Shown here piece after piece: positions 58,200-64,000 of a DNA stretch of 64,000 nucleotides. The stretch's first letter is position 1. Each line of letters starts with the position of its first letter. Source of the DNA: Alphaproteobacteria bacterium (GTDB lineage Bacteria > Pseudomonadota > Alphaproteobacteria > JAAXGF01); NCBI GenBank assembly GCA_963555825.3, contig CAUVXB020000001.1, positions 2,080,001-2,144,000 on the forward strand. The letters run 5' to 3'. The position numbers were made by a program, and so were the translations under genes. Below the pieces are notes generated by a model that worked only from the letters and a program-made list of their open reading frames with translations, was not told where the DNA came from and ran no database searches.

Positions 58200-58237
58200 G
58201 CCGCGCCCGCCGGGAATACTCATGGAGTTGGGAAATC

Positions 58238-59745
58238 ATGGTTGACATGCCAAACCTCGCCGCCCGGCTGGGGCTCGACGCCCAGGTACTCAGCGCCGGC
58301 GACTTCGCCGTGCGCACGCCGATCGACGGCAGCACCGTCGCCAGCCTCGCCGAACATTCCGCCGCCGACGTCGGCGCCATGGTCGGCAGCGCGACCGATG
58401 CCTTCGATGTCTGGCGCTCGGTGCCGGCGCCGAAGCGCGGCGAGCTGATGCGCCTGTTTGCCGAGGAGCTGCGCGCGCACAAGGACGCGCTGGGCGAGAT
58501 CGTCACCATCGAGAGCGGCAAGATCTTCGAGGAGGGCAAGGGCGAAGTTCAGGAGATGATCGACATCTGCGACTTCGCCGTCGGCCTGTCGCGCCAGCTC
58601 TATGGCCTGACCATCGCCTCCGAGCGGCCGGGCCACCGCATGATGGAGACCTGGCACCCGCTGGGGCCGGTCGGCCTCATCACCACCTTCAACTTTCCGG
58701 TCGCGCCCTGGGCGTGGAACTTCGCGCTCGCCGTCGTCTGCGGCGACCCGATGGTGTGGAAGCCGTCGGAGAAGACGCCGGTCTCGGCGCTCGCCTGCCA
58801 GGCGATCTTCGACAAGGCGGTGGCCCGCTTCGGCGACGCGCCGGCCGACCTGCTTCAGGTCGTCATCGGCGGCAAGGAGGCCGGCGAGGCGTTGGTCGAC
58901 GACGCCCGCGTACCGCTGATCAGCGCCACCGGAAGCTGCCGCATGGGGCGCGAGGTCGGCATCCGCGTAGCCAAACGGCTGGGCCGCTCGCTGTTGGAAC
59001 TGGGCGGCAACAACGCGATGATCGTCGCGCCCTCGGCCGACCTCGACCTGGCGGTCCGCGCCATCCTGTTCTCGGCGGTCGGCACGGCCGGCCAGCGCTG
59101 CACCTCGCTAAGGCGTTTGATCGTCCACGAGAGTATCCACGACGCACTACTGCCGCGCCTCGAGGCGGCCTACGCTTCGGTCAGCGTCGGCGATCCGCTC
59201 GATCCCGGCACGCTGGTCGGGCCGCTGGTCGACGGCGGCGCCTTCGAGCGCATGCAGGCCGCGCTCGAGACCGTCGCCGGTGAAGGCGGCACGGTGCACG
59301 GCGGCGAGCGCGTGCTGGCCAACGAGTACCCCGACGCCCATTACGTCAGGCCGGCGATCGTCGAGATGCCGGCACAGACCGAGACGGTGTGCGAGGAGAC
59401 CTTCGCGCCGATCCTTTACGCCATGAAATACACCGACTTCGACGAGGCGATCGCGATCCACAACGGGGTGCCGCAGGGCCTGTCGTCCTGCATCTTCACG
59501 ACCGATGTGCGCGAGGCCGAGGCGTTCGTCTCGGCGCGCGGCAGCGACTGCGGCATCACAACGTCAACATCGGCCCGTCGGGCGCCGAGATCGGCGGCGC
59601 CTTCGGCGGCGAGAAGGACACCGGCGGCGGCCGCGAATCGGGCTCCGATGCATGGAAGAGCTATATGCGGCGCGCCACCAACACGGTGAACTATTCGAAC
59701 GAGCTGCCGCTCGCCCAGGGCATCCAGTTCGACGTCGGCGACTGA
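58238..59745 (+). pseudogene. ALDH7/AmaB-like aldehyde dehydrogenase with 1-nt frameshift near 59558 (or sequencing error)
   Basis: GEVQEMID, FNFP, ELGGNN, GQRCT and EETFAP, then [19 protein letters not shown] continues in another frame. Confidence 0.82.
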
Positions 59746-59790
59746 TCGGGCGGCGCTTGATCCTAGGTATAACATCGAGGAGACAAGGTT

Positions 59791-60780
59791 ATGGCGAGTA
59801 GGGGTGACAAGACGATCGGCGACAACGCCTTCACGGCGGAGAGCCTCTACGGCACCAACTGGCAGCCGACCTACGCCGGCGCGCTCAGTTTCCTGCGCCG
59901 CAAGTACACCCGCGATCTGACCGGCGTCGACGTCGCGGTGACCGGGCTGCCCTTCGACCTCGCCACGACCAACCGGCCGGGCACGCGCTTCGGGCCGGCC
60001 GGCATCCGGCGCGCATCGGCGCAGCTCGCCTGGGGGCCACCCTGGCCGTGGGGTTTCAATCCGGTCGACCGGCTCGCGGTGATCGACTACGGCGACTGCA
60101 ACTTCGAGCTCGGCTACACCGAGAAGATGGTCGAGGCGGCCGAGGCGCACGCCACCGAGATCATCGAGGGCGGCGCCTCGATGCTGACGTTGGGCGGCGA
60201 CCATTACATATCGCTGCCGCTGCTGCGCGCGCATGCCAAGAAGTACGGGCCGCTCTCGCTGGTCCACTTCGATGCCCATTCGGACACCTGGCGCGACGAC
60301 GCCTACCACCACGGCACCATGTTCTTCCACGCCATCAACGAGGGCATCATCGACCCCGAGCGCTCGATCCACATCGGCATCCGGACCCACAACCCCGAGA
60401 GCCACGGCTTCACCATCCTGCACGCCGACTGGGTGCACGAGAACGGACCGAAAGCGGCGATCGAGGAGGTCAACCGCGTCGTCGGCGACCACAAGGCCTA
60501 CCTCACCTTCGACATCGACGGCCTCGACCCGTGCTTCGCGCCGGGTACCGGTACGCCGGTGATCGGCGGGCTGACGACGCACCAGGCGCGTTCGATCATG
60601 TGGGGCTTGGGCGACATCGATTTCGTCGCCATGGACCTGGTCGAGGTGGCGCCGATCTACGACGTCGGCGACATCACTTCGCTGGCCGGCGCAACGCTGT
60701 GCCTCGACTATCTCGCTTTGCGCGCCGCCAAGCTGCCGCCGCGCGAGGGTGAGAAGGAAGACGACGTCAATCCCTACTAG
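59791..60780 (+). CDS. speB: Agmatinase
   Basis: RPGTRFGP, GGDH, HFDAHSD, HGTMF and TFDIDGLDP motifs. Confidence 0.85.
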   Translation: MASRGDKTIGDNAFTAESLYGTNWQPTYAGALSFLRRKYTRDLTGVDVAVTGLPFDLATTNRPGTRFGPAGIRRASAQLAWGPPWPWGFNPVDRLAVIDYGDCNFELGYTEKMVEAAEAHATEIIEGGASMLTLGGDHYISLPLLRAHAKKYGPLSLVHFDAHSDTWRDDAYHHGTMFFHAINEGIIDPERSIHIGIRTHNPESHGFTILHADWVHENGPKAAIEEVNRVVGDHKAYLTFDIDGLDPCFAPGTGTPVIGGLTTHQARSIMWGLGDIDFVAMDLVEVAPIYDVGDITSLAGATLCLDYLALRAAKLPPREGEKEDDVNPY

Positions 60781-60931
60781 TCGCCACGCCGCCAGGCGCA
60801 AAGTGTTCGCGACGACCCGCGCTTGAGTGCTGGCCGGGCGCGACGATAGGCATTTTCGAACATTTTCGAACAATGCGCCACAATTACGAGTCATTGTTGT
60901 ATTGACACCGTTCACGGGGTATGTTCACACC

Positions 60932-61846
60932 ATGATTCCCGCCAAACCGACCGTCAAACGCCGTGACACGGTGCGCATTTTCCGCGCGCGACTCGCCGAG
61001 GCGATGGACCGCGCCGGCCACAGCCGCGCCGAACTGGCGCGCGCGGTCGGCGTCGACCGCTCGACGCTGTCCCAGCTGCTCGCCACCGACAACGACCGCC
61101 TGCCGCGCGCGGACACCGTGGCGGCGATCGCGGCGACGCTTCAAGTCAGCCTCGATTGGCTGCTCGGCCTGAGCCAGGAAGAGAAACTCGGCGCCGACAT
61201 CCTGCAACGCTCGCTGCAGATCGAGCCGAGCTCGCCCAACCCGGTCGACGAACGGTTGTCGCAATGGCACGCCGAGGCCGCGGGCTACAAAATCCGCTAC
61301 GTGCCCAGCCTGCTGCCCGACGTGCTCAAGACCGACGCGGTGATCGCGTATGAATTTCAGATGTCGCAGATCGCGACGCCGCGCCAGGCGCGCGCCGAAT
61401 CGCAGGCGCGTCTGGCCTATATGCGGCTGCCCGAGACCGACATGGAGGTGTGCAGCCCGATCCATGGCATCGAGGCCTTCGCGCTCGGCGAGGGCATCTG
61501 GCGCGGCCTCGACGAGGACGCCCGGCGCGAACAGCTCGTGCGCATGGCCGACCTGGTCGACGAGCTCTACCCGTCGTTCCGCTGGTTCCTATTCGACGGC
61601 CTGACGCATTACTCGGCGCCGCTCACCATCTTCGGCCCGCAGCGCGCGGCGCTCTACATCGGTCAGATGTATTTCGTGTTCAACACCATCGAGCATATCC
61701 GCGTGCTGACCCGGCACTTCGATAATCTCATTCGCATTGCCACGGTGCAGCCGCCCGACGTCGGTGGCGTACTGCGCGACCTGTACGACACGGTCGACGA
61801 GGTGGCGCCCCGACACGGGATGGGCGTGCCGGCGCGGCCGCAATGA
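60932..61846 (+). CDS. XRE-family HTH transcriptional regulator
   Basis: SRAELARAVGVDRSTLSQL...VSLDWLLG. Confidence 0.85.
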   Translation: MIPAKPTVKRRDTVRIFRARLAEAMDRAGHSRAELARAVGVDRSTLSQLLATDNDRLPRADTVAAIAATLQVSLDWLLGLSQEEKLGADILQRSLQIEPSSPNPVDERLSQWHAEAAGYKIRYVPSLLPDVLKTDAVIAYEFQMSQIATPRQARAESQARLAYMRLPETDMEVCSPIHGIEAFALGEGIWRGLDEDARREQLVRMADLVDELYPSFRWFLFDGLTHYSAPLTIFGPQRAALYIGQMYFVFNTIEHIRVLTRHFDNLIRIATVQPPDVGGVLRDLYDTVDEVAPRHGMGVPARPQ

Positions 61847-62253
61847 GCGGCGCACCGCGCGCGACCGGCGGCTGCCTGTGCGGCGCCGTCCGCTTCGAGG
61901 TTCACGGGAACTTGCGCGGCGTCGTCAACTGCCATTGCGGTCAGTGCCGACGCAGCCACGGCCACCATGGCGCGTACAGCGAAGCGGCGCGGGCCGATCT
62001 CAAGCTTACCGAGGACCGCGCGCTGGCGTGGTACGCATCGTCGGCCGCAGCGCAGCGCGGCTTCTGCGCGGCCTGCGGGTCGAGCCTGTTTTGGCAGCGT
62101 AAGGGCACGGACCACACGTCGATCGCCGCCGGCAGTTTCGACCAGCCGAGCGACCTCACGACGGTCGGGCATGTCTTCACCGCCGTGCGCGCCGACTACT
62201 ACACGATCGACGACGATCTCGAGCAGTGGCCCGCATCGATGGCGGCAGGCTGA
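61843..62253 (+). CDS. GFA (CENP-V) family protein
   Basis: GGCLCGAVR, CHCGQCRR and RGFCAACGS motifs. Confidence 0.92.
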   Translation: MSGAPRATGGCLCGAVRFEVHGNLRGVVNCHCGQCRRSHGHHGAYSEAARADLKLTEDRALAWYASSAAAQRGFCAACGSSLFWQRKGTDHTSIAAGSFDQPSDLTTVGHVFTAVRADYYTIDDDLEQWPASMAAG

Positions 62254-62259
62254 GGCGCC

Positions 62260-63066
62260 ATGGGCATCGCCAGCCTGCCGATGTACGACCTGCCCGAGGC
62301 ACGCCCGGCGATCGACGCGCTGTGGCGCGGCATCGCCGGCCATATGGCGCGCGCCGGCGTCACCGACGTGCCCGAGAGGCTGCTCCACGACCGGCCGATC
62401 AAGGCGACCTGGGGGGACCCGGATATCTTCTTCAGCCAAGCCTGCGGCTATGACGTGAAGCACGGTTTCGCCGACTCGCTCCGGTTGTTGGTGACGCCGT
62501 GCCATGACGCGTTCGGCTGCGACGGCCCGACCTATTCGAGCCTCCTCGTGGTGCCCGAGGCGTCGACGGCGCGCGATATCGAGGATCTGCGTGGTTGCAT
62601 CTGCGTCATCAACGGTCGCGAATCGCACTCGGGCATGAGCGCGTTGCGCGCCACGGTCGCGCCGCTCAGCCGGAACGGCTGCTTCTTCGCCGAGGTCAAG
62701 GAGAGCGGCGCTCATGTCGAGAGCCTGGCGTCCGTGCGCTACGGCGATGCCGATATCGCCGCCGTCGATTGCATCACCTTCGCGCTGGTCGGGCGCTACC
62801 GGCCGGCGGCGCTGGAGGGCGTTCGCGTGCTCGGGCGCACCGCCAACGCGGTCAGCCCACCCTATGTCACGCGCGCCGACACGCCCGACGACATCGCCGA
62901 ACGGATGCGCGCGGCGCTGGTCGAGGCGTTCGAGGACGTCGATCTCGCGTCCGCGCGCGAGGCGATCTTCCTAAGCGGCGCCGAAGTTCTCGCGCATGAC
63001 GCATACGACAACATCGTCGAATTCGTGCAGATCGCCCAGAGTCACGGCTACACCGAGATCGCTTGA
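62260..63066 (+). CDS. PhnD-like substrate-binding-fold protein
   Basis: ASLPMYD, QACG, N...SHSG, SGAH..S and ADIAAVD motifs. Confidence 0.8.
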   Translation: MGIASLPMYDLPEARPAIDALWRGIAGHMARAGVTDVPERLLHDRPIKATWGDPDIFFSQACGYDVKHGFADSLRLLVTPCHDAFGCDGPTYSSLLVVPEASTARDIEDLRGCICVINGRESHSGMSALRATVAPLSRNGCFFAEVKESGAHVESLASVRYGDADIAAVDCITFALVGRYRPAALEGVRVLGRTANAVSPPYVTRADTPDDIAERMRAALVEAFEDVDLASAREAIFLSGAEVLAHDAYDNIVEFVQIAQSHGYTEIA

Positions 63067-63157
63067 GGCGGAACCGGCCCCGGGTGCGGGTCGGCCGGCG
63101 CTGTGTTATACTGTTGGAAAATATGCAGGGAGCGTGACTTCGCATTCGGAGGTATTC

Positions 63158-63589
63158 ATGCACCGATTCGTTACTGTTTTCACGTTCCTCATCCTCCTCG
63201 CGCCGGTCCCGGCGCTCGCCGAACCAGCCGACGTCAGCGACGCCGACCGCGAGGCGATCCGCGCCGTGGTCGAGGACCAACTCGCCGCCTTCCAGGCCGA
63301 CGACGCGGTCCGCGCGTTCTCCCACGCCTCGCCGATGATCCGCCGGGCGTTCGGCACGCCGAGCAACTTCATGCGCATGGTGGTGACCGGCTATCCGCCG
63401 GTTCACCGGCCGCAGGCGGTCGAATTCCGGGACATCGTCACCTTCCATGGCGCGCCGACCCAGCGCGTCTTCCTGATCGGTCCCGACGGGCAGAGCGTCA
63501 TCGCGCTCTATATCATGGAACTGCAGGCCGGCGGGACGTGGAAGATCAACGGCTGTTATCTGGTCAAGGCCGAAGACAGCATGGTCTAA
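63158..63589 (+). CDS. Secreted DUF4864-like protein
   Basis: Signal peptide; QLAAFQADD..AF.HASP, F..MV..GY and WKINGC motifs; GGAGG RBS. Confidence 0.8.
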   Translation: MHRFVTVFTFLILLAPVPALAEPADVSDADREAIRAVVEDQLAAFQADDAVRAFSHASPMIRRAFGTPSNFMRMVVTGYPPVHRPQAVEFRDIVTFHGAPTQRVFLIGPDGQSVIALYIMELQAGGTWKINGCYLVKAEDSMV

Positions 63590-64000
63590 CGATGGCCGCG
63601 CGGACGATGACCTAGCCCGCGTTAGGTCATGTATTCGATCTGCGCGTCGGTCGGGTAGCTGGTCACGACGAACATTGGAACCGACGTCCTTTGGTGCTCG
63701 AATGGCACGGAACGAATTCGCCAGCAAGGACGCGTCGAACGGCGCAGACCGAAAACTGCGACAATTTGGCCACAGGTCACGCGGATATGCACCGCCGCCG
63801 CGTCGGCCGCACTGGTATCGCCGCCGCGACTGTGATAGACGAACATTACGCACGCTGGGGTAAGGGCTATCGTGGGCTGGCCAAATCCGGTGGCATTGTT
63901 GTAAAACGGCATGAGGGGTTTCGTGGCAAGGTTGGCGATCAGGCCGTGTCGTGAACACCGAAGTCCGCATCCGGGCGTTACGTCGCCGAATGCGGGCCGA

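Noticed and set aside
60902-60930. Sigma70 promoter from TTGACA
   Set aside because: No convincing -10 hexamer at 16-18 bp spacing.
63600-64000. Short ORFs at the window end
   Set aside because: No recognisable motifs or consistent coding signal, and the context is cut off by the window edge.
1-64000. Numerous long Arg/Ala/Gly-rich alternative-frame ORFs; rRNA and tRNA genes
   Set aside because: The ORFs are expected shadows in high-GC DNA overlapping better-supported genes. No rRNA or tRNA signature was recognised by eye.

Overview
High-GC bacterial chromosome segment whose gene content resembles a Rhodospirillales-like alphaproteobacterium (inference). About 1-29 kb and 57-64 kb are metabolic or transport genes: guanidino/arginine catabolism, a CyaC-like 2Fe-2S membrane cyclase coupled to an mlaEFD-pqiC operon, a TAXI-TRAP transporter, cytochrome c, a sirtuin, an aldehyde dehydrogenase and an agmatinase. 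About 29.4-57 kb is an accessory region. It holds IS630, two inverted IS21 copies, two IS1182 copies, an intact and a truncated IS3, an IS1595-like end with an MTase-HNH passenger, a solo integron attC next to an mttB remnant, and several pseudogenes. The most notable observations are: (1) a secreted cytochrome P460-family protein with about 36 Asn-Pro-Cys repeats (about 57 Cys), between an FGE-sulfatase-domain gene and a rhodanese whose signal peptide is broken by an amber codon inside a 20-bp hairpin; (2) a 5.6-kb integrase-less module bounded by attL/attR-like sites that rebuild into two palindromes; (3) an MlaD with nine 18-aa repeats; (4) two related ~270-bp MITEs, one supplying the mlaF stop codon; (5) a short motif that separates cassette-like genes and precedes IS1182 ends. 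No rRNA, tRNA or CRISPR array was recognised. All product calls come from reading motifs by eye, not from database searches.
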